A stretch of 64,000 nt of DNA, taken from NCBI RefSeq assembly GCF_013141765.1, contig NZ_WHOD01000062.1, forward strand, positions 18,696 to 82,695, read 5' to 3'. The DNA is from Paenibacillus foliorum (lineage in GTDB: Bacteria; Bacillota; Bacilli; Paenibacillales; NBRC-103111). The translations under genes were made by a program, and so were the position numbers. The notes under the pieces are model-generated. The model was not told the origin of the DNA, did not search any database, and saw only the letters and a program-made list of their open reading frames with translations. Of the stretch, positions 10,071 through 18,743 are shown piece after piece (position 1 is the first letter of the stretch; every line of letters starts with the position of its first letter).

Positions 10071-10433
10071 TTACTTCAGAAATGCCTGTATCTTCCCCAA
10101 CAGCCGATCCAGTTCGACGGGCTTCGTATCGAAGTCATCGCATCCCGCCTGAAACGCCAGCTCCTTATCACTTGCCATCGCATGAGCGGTCAGAGCAATG
10201 ATGGGAATCGCTTGTGTTCCCGATTGCGCCTTGAGCTGCCGAATGGCTTCCCACCCATCAAGCACAGGCAGGCTCAAATCCATAAGAATGAGCTCTGGAT
10301 TCTCTGATCTTGCCATAGCAACACCCTGCTCTCCATCGACAGCTATAATAACTTCGAAGCCTTTGCGAATCAAGCGCCGGGAAAGCATGTCTCGGTTCAT
10401 CTCATTATCTTCCACCAAAAGTATTTTGTGCAT
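10071..10433 (-). CDS. Single-domain response regulator (CheY-like receiver only)
   Basis: 120 aa; LLVEDNEMN...LILMDLSLPVLDGW...KPV receiver motifs; AAGGAG RBS; last gene of the H-NOX operon. Confidence 0.85.
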   Translation of the reverse strand: MHKILLVEDNEMNRDMLSRRLIRKGFEVIIAVDGEQGVAMARSENPELILMDLSLPVLDGWEAIRQLKAQSGTQAIPIIALTAHAMASDKELAFQAGCDDFDTKPVELDRLLGKIQAFLK

Positions 10434-10536
10434 CCTCGTGCTCCTTCTTACTGCTTTGAGCTTCTTGAACGTCCTTAGCGCTCATGCCGCAGCTTAAGTG
10501 TTGTTCCTTATTTCATCGGGTCTTGCTTCAGTCGGT

Positions 10537-12234
10537 TTATTCGATCCGGTCAATGGAATCAGCAACCAGACTGCTAACTTCCTTGAGCAGCGCTGCGCGG
10601 TCCAACGCACCCTTCTGAATAATTTTCTTTACGTAACCATTCAGCCTAGCACGATCTTCTGCTGTAATCGTTTTTGCCGTTACAACGACAATTGGAATCG
10701 TGCGCCACCCTTCTTTTTTACGCAGCTCCGAAACGAACTGGAAACCATCCATTTCGGGCATCATTAAATCGAGCAGGATTAGCTTAGGTACTGACTTTGC
10801 TATACTTTTCAAAGCAATGCGCCCATTTCCGGCCTGAGTTGCTGTATAGCCTTCCTTCTCCAGCAATTTCGTCATCATTAAGCTTGTCGTCACATCGTCC
10901 TCGATAACAAGCACTGTATTGGTACTTCCTTTAGGAACATACTTACCTAAAACAGCGATCAATTGCTCACGATGGATGGGTTTCGTCATAAACTCGGAGG
11001 CGCCTAGGGCATATCCCATCTTTTTATCATTAGTCAATGATAAGATGATGACCGGAATCTCCGCCAGTTCAGGATCATTCTTTAGTTCGGTCAAGACCGA
11101 CCATCCATCCATACTCGGCATTAAAATATCCAGGCATATGACGCTCGGACGCAGCTTCTTAGCTAATCTAAGCCCTTCCTCGCCGCTTCCTGCAACCGCC
11201 ACCTTCCAGCCTTCTTTGCCAAGATAGCGTTCAATCAGCTGCAGATTGGCTGGCTCATCGTCAATAACGAGGACAGTGACCTCGCCTTCCATTTTCTCCG
11301 TCGGCCGTTCCTGCAACTCATCGTGGGATTCCTTCTCCCTCTCAGCAAGAACAGGGAGCCAGCAAGTAAAAGTGCTGCCTTGACCGTATACACTATCCAC
11401 TTCGATCTTCCCGCCTAATATCGTACAGAAATGCTGACTAATTGTAAGCCCAAGGCCAGTGCCTCCATATTTACGTGTCGTTGATGAATCGGCTTGAGTA
11501 AATGGCAAGAATAGCTTATCGATTTGCTCCGGCGTCATACCAATCCCTGTATCCGCAAAGCTGAATGTGAACCCTGGTTGACCTCCCCGTTCTTCCTGAA
11601 TGACACTTAACCCAATCGTTCCTTCTTTAGTAAATTTGCTGGCGTTACTTAATAAATTGAATAAGATTTGCCGCAGCTTCGTTACATCCGTGTGCATTTC
11701 ACCTTCGATGTAGGAAACCTCGATCCGGTTGCTGTTCGCTTCCACCAGAGGCTGCACTGTTGTGAGTACATCCTGAATTAACTCCGGTACATTGCAGGCT
11801 TCAAGATACAGGTCCATTTTGCCGGCTTCAATTTTGGAAATATCCAAGATATCATTAATAAGTGCAAGCAAATGCTTGCCTGCTTTATTTATTTTTTGCA
11901 GATCATCGACAAATACGGGCTCACCCATATCTTCGGCTTCTTCTTTAAGCATTTCACTGTATCCGATAATCGCATTCAGGGGTGTTCTCAGCTCATGGCT
12001 CATGTTGGCTAGAAACTGGCTTTTGATCATATTCGCTTCGATAGCTTCATCGCGAGTCTTCGCAAGCTCGGCCGTTCGCCCCTTGACCATTTCTTCCAAG
12101 TGGTCGTTCAACTGCACCAATTCCTGATTGATATAAAAAATTTCTCGTGTCTTCAGCTCGGCGATTTTTTCCGCTTCTTTGCGAGCTGCTTTCTCTCTTT
12201 CCAAATGCCTTCGGAGGACGTCCAGCTCGGTCAT
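10537..12234 (-). CDS. Cytoplasmic hybrid sensor histidine kinase (coiled coil, HisKA, HATPase_c, REC, REC), an HnoK-like partner of H-NOX
   Basis: H-box MSHELRTPLNAI, then N, G1 (DTGIGM) and G2 (GGTGLGL) boxes, and two complete receiver domains each with the acceptor Asp. No TM segment or sensor domain. The start overlaps the H-NOX stop as TAATG. Confidence 0.9.
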   Translation of the reverse strand: MTELDVLRRHLEREKAARKEAEKIAELKTREIFYINQELVQLNDHLEEMVKGRTAELAKTRDEAIEANMIKSQFLANMSHELRTPLNAIIGYSEMLKEEAEDMGEPVFVDDLQKINKAGKHLLALINDILDISKIEAGKMDLYLEACNVPELIQDVLTTVQPLVEANSNRIEVSYIEGEMHTDVTKLRQILFNLLSNASKFTKEGTIGLSVIQEERGGQPGFTFSFADTGIGMTPEQIDKLFLPFTQADSSTTRKYGGTGLGLTISQHFCTILGGKIEVDSVYGQGSTFTCWLPVLAEREKESHDELQERPTEKMEGEVTVLVIDDEPANLQLIERYLGKEGWKVAVAGSGEEGLRLAKKLRPSVICLDILMPSMDGWSVLTELKNDPELAEIPVIILSLTNDKKMGYALGASEFMTKPIHREQLIAVLGKYVPKGSTNTVLVIEDDVTTSLMMTKLLEKEGYTATQAGNGRIALKSIAKSVPKLILLDLMMPEMDGFQFVSELRKKEGWRTIPIVVVTAKTITAEDRARLNGYVKKIIQKGALDRAALLKEVSSLVADSIDRIE

Positions 12235-12785
12235 TATATGGACTCCTGATGGGTCAGAATAAAAAGTGTCGCCGCTCCAGTACTGTCCGTAAAATCCTCA
12301 CGTTTAACATCGACGTTTTCACCGTAATGGCTAATACATCCGAGAATCAACCCCTCAGCCAAATCAGCGAATGGACGCGAGGAGCGGTATATCATTTTCA
12401 GCGTTCTTGGGATCGACGTATCGCATTCGAATCCTGGCAGCTCTGCATCCGGGTACAATTTGCGTACTTCAACATGAATATAACCGTCAATTTTTTGCAA
12501 AAACTCAAATATCGTAAGCTCCGAATCCACAAATTGCGGATACAACTCAACAAGCTGTCCGAACAAATATTCTCCAAAGGCCCGAACCAAATCAGCAACC
12601 GGAATACCCGTCTGTCCGCTCAACTGAACAACAAGTCGGATTATTTCATTATGGTCATACGTTCCAACCGCCGTGTAGCTGCCACCGGATGGCAAATTGG
12701 AAGCTTCGATAATTTGATCCGCAATTTGTAATGAAAACTTACTTTCAACCATTTCAATAAATGCCGTAAATACGATTCCTTTCAT
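12234..12785 (-). CDS. hnoX: Stand-alone H-NOX (heme nitric oxide/oxygen binding) sensor protein
   Basis: N-terminus MKGIVF as in H-NOX proteins. Proximal His in the YIHVEVRKL context. The heme-propionate Y-x-S-x-R motif is present as IYRSSRP. Size is 183 aa. ATG at 12785 has a GAGGGAGGG RBS; the GTG at 12794 is an alternative start. Confidence 0.85.
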   Translation of the reverse strand: MKGIVFTAFIEMVESKFSLQIADQIIEASNLPSGGSYTAVGTYDHNEIIRLVVQLSGQTGIPVADLVRAFGEYLFGQLVELYPQFVDSELTIFEFLQKIDGYIHVEVRKLYPDAELPGFECDTSIPRTLKMIYRSSRPFADLAEGLILGCISHYGENVDVKREDFTDSTGAATLFILTHQESI

Positions 12786-12812
12786 TAAAAGCACCCTCCC
12801 TCACTAATTTAT

Positions 12813-13853
12813 TTATGAAACACCCATCTTTTGCACGATGCTTTTGAATGCGTCCACAACCTGAGGATCAAAATGCAACCCCCGCTGGTTATCAATTTCA
12901 GAGAGTGCTTCGCTTACAGTCCAAGCTCTTTTATAAGGTCGCTCATGTGTCAATGCATCGAAAAAATCAGCAAGAGCCACGATACGTGCAGCAAAAGGAA
13001 TTTCCTCACCCTTCAAACCCTTCGGGTAACCGGTACCGTCCCACTTCTCGTGATGCGCCAGAGCAATCTCTTCTGCAACCTTCAACACCGGAAACAGGCT
13101 TCCTTCCAAAATGCTAGCACCAATCGAAGTATGTGATTTCATATATTCAAATTCTTCTGGGGTAAACCGACCCGGCTTCAGTAGAATTTCATCGGGGATA
13201 CCGATCTTACCTAGGTCATGCAACGGCGCGGCACGGCGAATCAATTCAACCTCTTGCTCGGGAAGATCCATAGTTTGGGCAATCATTCCTGCCATTTCTC
13301 CAACCCTATTCGTATGCTGCCCCGTCATATCATCGCGGAACTCTGAGGTACGTCCTAGCAGATGTAAAATTTCAACTTGTGCCTTCTCCAGGTCGGCCGT
13401 TCGTTCGCGCACCCTTTCCTCCAGATGCTCATTTTGATGCTGCAGTTGTAAATGAAGGTGTCGTGTTTTCAGCAAATTGTTAATGCGCAGAATAACCTCT
13501 GTTTTATCAAACGGCTTGGTTAGAAAGTCATTAGCGCCTTCTTGAAGCGCTTTCTTCTTAGCCTCCGGCGTTACATCAGCAGTTAGCACAAGAATCGGCA
13601 AATAGCTTCCGGCTTTATCCATTTCCCTCAATCGTTTTAACGCCTCGAACCCATCCATCCCCGGCATATGTAAATCTAGCAATATGATATCGGGTGCAAT
13701 CTCTTGAAAAAGCGGTTCAATCTCCTGTGAGTTCATAGTACTATGTAAGTTAGAAAACCCAGCTCGGCGCAGAATTCGATCTAGTAAAGTTATGTTATAT
13801 TCCTGATCATCTACAATCAGAAATTTTGCAAGTTTTGACCAAGTTCCATCCAT
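12813..13853 (-). CDS. Response regulator with HD-GYP phosphodiesterase output domain (REC-HD-GYP)
   Basis: Receiver domain (IVDDQEYN...[13 protein letters not shown]...KPF) followed by HD ([11 protein letters not shown]) and GYP ([14 protein letters not shown]) motifs. Confidence 0.9.
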   Translation of the reverse strand: MDGTWSKLAKFLIVDDQEYNITLLDRILRRAGFSNLHSTMNSQEIEPLFQEIAPDIILLDLHMPGMDGFEALKRLREMDKAGSYLPILVLTADVTPEAKKKALQEGANDFLTKPFDKTEVILRINNLLKTRHLHLQLQHQNEHLEERVRERTADLEKAQVEILHLLGRTSEFRDDMTGQHTNRVGEMAGMIAQTMDLPEQEVELIRRAAPLHDLGKIGIPDEILLKPGRFTPEEFEYMKSHTSIGASILEGSLFPVLKVAEEIALAHHEKWDGTGYPKGLKGEEIPFAARIVALADFFDALTHERPYKRAWTVSEALSEIDNQRGLHFDPQVVDAFKSIVQKMGVS

Positions 13854-13872
13854 ATTTAAAACCCCAATCTAA

Positions 13873-13934
13873 TCTATCATAACGGATAGTTAAATTTTGC
13901 TATAGGTTAAGTTTATTGTCAATTATTATCAATA
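13873..13934. promoter_or_regulatory. AT-rich promoter region of the H-NOX operon carrying two inverted repeats
   Basis: CTATC-ATAACG-GATAG (13873-13888) and TTATTG-N11-CAATAA (13912-13934), directly upstream of the REC-HD-GYP start. Confidence 0.3.
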
Positions 13935-13989
13935 AACTAACAGAAATATTAATATCAAATACAATTTCTGCAAAACGACTGAAGCTCGC

Positions 13990-14240
13990 TATGTACATTC
14001 GGGGCATATCTTGGAGCTGCAATCCGAATGTGGCTTCTGTTAACAGCTAGAGCCACATCATCGCCGTTTCACCCGGCACTGTGACCATCACTGCAAGATC
14101 AACGGATGGCGCTTCCGTGCCAATGCAAGGTGACGATCACCAACTCATCTGATACAATTGTTGATGGAAGAAACGTGTCCGTGAATAAAGCCTCTCTATC
14201 CCTCAAGGTTGGAGAGCATGGTACCATGTTCGGTAAAGGT
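13990..14240 (+). pseudogene. Decayed remnant of a surface protein with tandem Big_2 (bacterial Ig-like) domains
   Basis: Translation gives ...NPNVASVNS*SHIIAVSPGTVTITARSTDGASVPM... and, in another frame, VSVNKASLSLKVGEHGTM. Both match the Big_2 consensus but are interrupted by a stop and frameshifts. No intact ORF remains. Confidence 0.45.
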
Positions 14241-14414
14241 AACATAGGGTAACACACAGCAACATACGGCAACGCTTACATCTCTTTCGTTACTTGGAAC
14301 AAATATGCGCCGACAACACTGATAGCTCGAACCGAAGCGGCTGCTACCATCGTAAGAATGCTGGACTCTAGAAAGTAATTCCTCTTAATCCATACAGTTG
14401 AAGGAGCACTCAGA

Positions 14415-15386
14415 ATGAATCCTAACTATCCAAACGCTATTCAGAAGAAAATTGAGGATCTGAAGAAATTAAATCCTCCCTTGACCGCTAGAGAGGATTT
14501 ATCGAGCTATTGGGAACAAACTTTAAGCCGATTCAGCTCCAAGCCATTGAATGATTCAAGGGAGAAGATCCTTGGACCACAAGCTTTTGTTGACGCTTAC
14601 AGAGTAAGCTATGAGGGCTTCGATAATACTCCGATCAAAGGCTGGTACCTGCTTCCTAAATTTGTCCCTCAGCAGAACTTACCATGTGTAGTTATCTACC
14701 ATGGCTATACCGGAAGCAGTGGATATCCAGAGGATTACAGTCAATGGCTGCTGATGGGTATCGCCGTATTTGCAGTCGATGTTCGGGGTCAAGGCGGGGA
14801 AACGGGCAATCTGCTGCCACAAGCCTACGGTATGACAAAGGGTTGGATGTCACAAGGAATTCTGGATAAGGATACCTGCTACTATAAAGCCATTACTATC
14901 GACAGCATTAAAGCTGTGGATTGGGTGTATGCACAGCCGGAGATCGACACCTCCCGGATTGCCATTGTCGGCAACAGCCAAGGTGGGGGATTAGTCCTGA
15001 TCACGGCCGCCTTAAGTGATAAGCCCGCGCTTGCTATAGCGAATATTCCCAACATGTGCCATATGGACCACGGTTTATTGAACTCCACCGGTTCTCTTAC
15101 AGAGGCGGCTGCCTTCGTCGCGCGTTACCCAGACAAGCTGGAGCCGATTTTAGAGACGCTCAGCTACTTCGACATCTTGAATCTGGGAGAGCGCATCCGC
15201 ATACCTGCTATGCTATCTGTCGGTTTGAAGGATACCGTATGCCTCCCCGAAACGGTGTATGCTGCCTACAACCGAATAACAAGTGATAAGGTTATTCATA
15301 CCTACCCTTTCTCCGGTCATGAAGTCGTCTCTCATCACAATCGTCTTATGTTGGATTATGTGTTGACTCGATTCTCCTTAAACTAG
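14415..15386 (+). CDS. cah: CE7 acetylxylan esterase / cephalosporin-C deacetylase
   Basis: Strong similarity to B. subtilis Cah: GWMSQGILDKDTCYY, nucleophile motif GNSQGGG, TLSYFDILNLGER; 323 aa; GAAGGAG RBS. Confidence 0.88.
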   Translation: MNPNYPNAIQKKIEDLKKLNPPLTAREDLSSYWEQTLSRFSSKPLNDSREKILGPQAFVDAYRVSYEGFDNTPIKGWYLLPKFVPQQNLPCVVIYHGYTGSSGYPEDYSQWLLMGIAVFAVDVRGQGGETGNLLPQAYGMTKGWMSQGILDKDTCYYKAITIDSIKAVDWVYAQPEIDTSRIAIVGNSQGGGLVLITAALSDKPALAIANIPNMCHMDHGLLNSTGSLTEAAAFVARYPDKLEPILETLSYFDILNLGERIRIPAMLSVGLKDTVCLPETVYAAYNRITSDKVIHTYPFSGHEVVSHHNRLMLDYVLTRFSLN

Positions 15387-15529
15387 AGCAAGTCTTAGTC
15401 ACCTCGACCTTATCGCTCATCCACGCAATTCGGTAGGATCACCTCCGAGCTTGCCTCAAACTCTTGGCAGTAAGGGCGGCCAATTCGCCCTTCGCCTGTT
15501 CTCCGCAACCGTACCCACAGCTATTCCCA

Positions 15530-18154
15530 CTAGTGAATCAACCCCAACCATTTCCAATAGGGGATACAACCGACTGCAACCAGCCACACAGCAGCCGCGT
15601 ATCCGATAGCAACAATTTGACCTTGACGATGGCTGAAGGCCTTTTCTTCCGAGCTGTAGTAGGCCGTCAAATAGGTTGGTGATTGATAACTGAAGAAAAA
15701 GGGATCCGTCGATAACAAAATGATAAAAACTAAGATCCACGGATGGATTCCCACCGTCTCCGCTAGTGGGAGCAGCGCGGTAACCAGAAGTATGACCGCC
15801 GGATCATCTCTAACAATAAGGGTCACCACGAAACACAGCACCACAACTGCCGTTAGAAAAATACTGGGTGAGGAAAGAAATACAGACATATGAGTATTGA
15901 GGAATCCGGTTAACGACTCCACAATACCTAGCTCCTTAGCCGCATTAGCAAAGCTAAATGCAACCCCGAGGAACAACAAGAATGTCCAATCAATACCTGT
16001 CGTAAGCGTCTGCCGATCCAATACTCCGCATATGACGAGAACTGAGAAACCTAACAGCATAACCCACGTACTGTCAATTCCATGTAAGGGCTGAAGGATC
16101 ATAAGCACAATACAGCCAAGCACCGTGCATACGGAAATACGCTCCTCTCTGGATAAAGCCCCCAACAGCCGCAGCTGCTCATCAAGAACTTTGGCGGAAA
16201 CCTGCTTAACCGATGGCGTTCGCCGAAACATAACCGATAATACGGTAACCATAATTGCAGCAAAAACTATAAAAGCAGGAAAGGCGTACAGCGCCCATTC
16301 TATCCAGGTGATAGGCTTATCTGACGAGACAAGGCCGTAGGCCATAACATTGGTATAAGATCCTGTTAACACAAAGGGAGCTGTAAACCCGTAAAAGATC
16401 ATAGCGGCAAGCCCCAGCCCCGCAGCGCCATGGCTTCTTTCCTTGAACCCCATAGATTCTGAAAGGGTCTGGGCAATGGGGACTCCTAGCGATACTTTGG
16501 CTGAAGAGGATGGGATCAAGGGATTAAGAACGATACCGCCTACAATAATCCCCCACAGCTGCCCCCGGTAATGGGGGGGAAACCGTTTGAGCGCATGCAA
16601 GGAAAGCCGATATAAGATGCCTGATTTCGTAATAACCGCACTGAGCGCCATAATAAAAATCATATACAGCCATGTCGTCGAAGCGAAGCCCGATAACGCA
16701 ACCTCTGAGCTGACTAAACCACCTAATACCCACAGCATAACCATGCCTAGGGCAACGATGTAGTCCGGTATTATGTTGACGATCCATAGAACGACCGCAG
16801 CGATCCCAATACCTATAAATACCATTCCATTGTGGGATAAGCCAGCAATAGGCGGAATGTAGTAAAAGATAAGGATCGCTACCAAAGCCGCAACCACCGC
16901 CAACCCTCTTGACCATTGGCTGGGCTTAATTAGCCGACTTGCCCGTTCTGCGAAAAACTGACTTTTTCTAATGGTTAGCTTTTGTTGGGCAAGCTGAACG
17001 ACCCGGTCGTCATCCTGTTCGGCTGAAGTATTCTCCGACAGGGATCGAGCAATAGCCTCGGCCCTTTGCAAATAGATAAGCGCCGATTGTTTATTATGAA
17101 GCAAGCGGCTTAATTCTGCGCCCCATTCGTAGACGGATAGGAGCTGCCCGGAGGTAAACACAGATTCATCTTGCTTCAACACTTCTTCCACAACAGCAAT
17201 CCCCGACTCTGGCGCATACTTCAAGCATAATTGAACATAGGTTTCCAACGAAGCATAGCGCGAACCCATCCTCATAGCCTCGGAATAACGTCTAAGCAAT
17301 CGGAAAATTTCTTCCTCCTGACGATCGGATAGCGTGTTCTCGACGGTATGCCTAATAGCATCATGAACCTTCTCCCAGTCTTCCTCCTCCGCGTATAGCG
17401 CAATTAAGGCATGCCAATCACCGCAGCCTCTATAGAGGGCGGCAGCCTCCTTCACCCACTGGTCTCTTTTGCTGTAGCCGTATTGCGCGGTAGCCATTTC
17501 CGAAAGTGCTGACTTGAACGCCGACTTTACGCTGAACCACTCTCGCTCTTGAAAGTCATAGGATAGGAACCTCGTAAGTACAGGAGATCCCTTTAACTCC
17601 TCAGATACGGAAAGCTGGAAGGTATGCTCGACCAACATTGGGCTGATTATCGGTATCTGGCTGCACCATAAGATAAAGTGAACGAGCCTGTCTGGCAGCT
17701 GTTCCAATTCATGCAAAATCCACTGTGACTTCGTTTCCTTGGAGGCTTGCAAACGATCATTGGTCATGATCAGCCTCTGTGAAAGCAGTCGGATAAAATA
17801 AGTAGAAATCGACGGATGCTCCGAAGTCAGCTGGTCGAAGATTTCCCTATCTATCTCCAGCAATACCGAATCAGCCGTAGCTACTGCCGAAGCCGACCTA
17901 ACCTCTCCCGTCAGTAGGGCCATCTCCCCTATACTATCCCCTTCATTTAGGTAAGCAAGAGACTGTCTGGTCTCATTGTTTTGGAAGAAGAGCTCTATGG
18001 TCCCTCTTTCAATAATATACATGCTATCGCCGGGATCGCCTTGCTCGAACAAGGTCTCACCTTGAGGAAGATGCTGCCTATCCAGCCTTCCTAGAAGCTT
18101 CGCCAGCATAATATTAGAGAGACCCTTGAACATCTCTATATCTGTTATTTTCAT
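15530..18154 (-). CDS. Cyclic nucleotide-binding domain fused to an SLC13/DASS-family anion permease
   Basis: N-terminal cNMP domain (FKGLSNIMLAKL...GEMALLTGEVRSASAVA). A soluble helical/TPR-like linker of about 250 aa follows. The C-terminal ~450 aa carries 10 or more TM segments, typical of CitT/SLC13 permeases. Confidence 0.8.
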   Translation of the reverse strand: MKITDIEMFKGLSNIMLAKLLGRLDRQHLPQGETLFEQGDPGDSMYIIERGTIELFFQNNETRQSLAYLNEGDSIGEMALLTGEVRSASAVATADSVLLEIDREIFDQLTSEHPSISTYFIRLLSQRLIMTNDRLQASKETKSQWILHELEQLPDRLVHFILWCSQIPIISPMLVEHTFQLSVSEELKGSPVLTRFLSYDFQEREWFSVKSAFKSALSEMATAQYGYSKRDQWVKEAAALYRGCGDWHALIALYAEEEDWEKVHDAIRHTVENTLSDRQEEEIFRLLRRYSEAMRMGSRYASLETYVQLCLKYAPESGIAVVEEVLKQDESVFTSGQLLSVYEWGAELSRLLHNKQSALIYLQRAEAIARSLSENTSAEQDDDRVVQLAQQKLTIRKSQFFAERASRLIKPSQWSRGLAVVAALVAILIFYYIPPIAGLSHNGMVFIGIGIAAVVLWIVNIIPDYIVALGMVMLWVLGGLVSSEVALSGFASTTWLYMIFIMALSAVITKSGILYRLSLHALKRFPPHYRGQLWGIIVGGIVLNPLIPSSSAKVSLGVPIAQTLSESMGFKERSHGAAGLGLAAMIFYGFTAPFVLTGSYTNVMAYGLVSSDKPITWIEWALYAFPAFIVFAAIMVTVLSVMFRRTPSVKQVSAKVLDEQLRLLGALSREERISVCTVLGCIVLMILQPLHGIDSTWVMLLGFSVLVICGVLDRQTLTTGIDWTFLLFLGVAFSFANAAKELGIVESLTGFLNTHMSVFLSSPSIFLTAVVVLCFVVTLIVRDDPAVILLVTALLPLAETVGIHPWILVFIILLSTDPFFFSYQSPTYLTAYYSSEEKAFSHRQGQIVAIGYAAAVWLVAVGCIPYWKWLGLIH

Positions 18155-18345
18155 TTAATAGTGTCCTTTTTTAATAAAGAGATATGGATTCATTGTACAA
18201 AACAAACCAAGATTTGTAAGCAGAAACTTATAAGAATAATCCCAATAACTAGGTAAATCCCGGTAAAAAAGCCTCTTTTACTCATAAAAAAACGCACAAC
18301 CCCATTTAGCGGGATCATGCGCCAGCTTGCTCATTTATTTATCTA

Positions 18346-18624
18346 TTAATCTATGTAGCCTGCAAGTCCTTTTTCCATCAAGTAGTCCATCTCTGCGTCG
18401 AGAATTTGCTCAACGGTCAGCTCGTCCAATTTAACATCAGACCGGCTCACGACATAATCAACCAGCTCGTCACTATCAATATCTACCTCACCCTTGGCAT
18501 CTGTCTTTGCATTGTTGATAAATGCCTCTTCATGCTTTAAAACAAGCTGTATACTTGGCGCTGCAACATTAGTTTTACTTGCTATGTATTGGACAAGCTC
18601 CTGCACATTGATTTGTTCACTCAT
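18346..18624 (-). CDS. Small acidic hypothetical protein (92 aa)
   Basis: Intact ORF with good coding character, Asp/Glu-rich, no recognisable motif. Confidence 0.45.
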   Translation of the reverse strand: MSEQINVQELVQYIASKTNVAAPSIQLVLKHEEAFINNAKTDAKGEVDIDSDELVDYVVSRSDVKLDELTVEQILDAEMDYLMEKGLAGYID

Positions 18625-18743
18625 TTGTATTCATCTCCTAGTTGTGATCGTACTGCCATTGTAACATAACTTACCGTTAACGTTTCTTTTGCTTTTTTAT
18701 ACTTTTACGGATATGGTTAGGGTTGATAAATCGGATACTATAA

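Noticed and set aside
13860-13935. SigA -35/-10 assignment for the H-NOX operon promoter.
   Set aside because: Only weak hexamers (TTGACA ... CAAAAT) were found on the minus strand, so no promoter is called beyond an AT-rich regulatory region.
15471-15491. AAGGGCG-N7-CGCCCTT hairpin between convergent cah and the cNMP-permease gene.
   Set aside because: No U-run on either strand; weak as a terminator, so not called.
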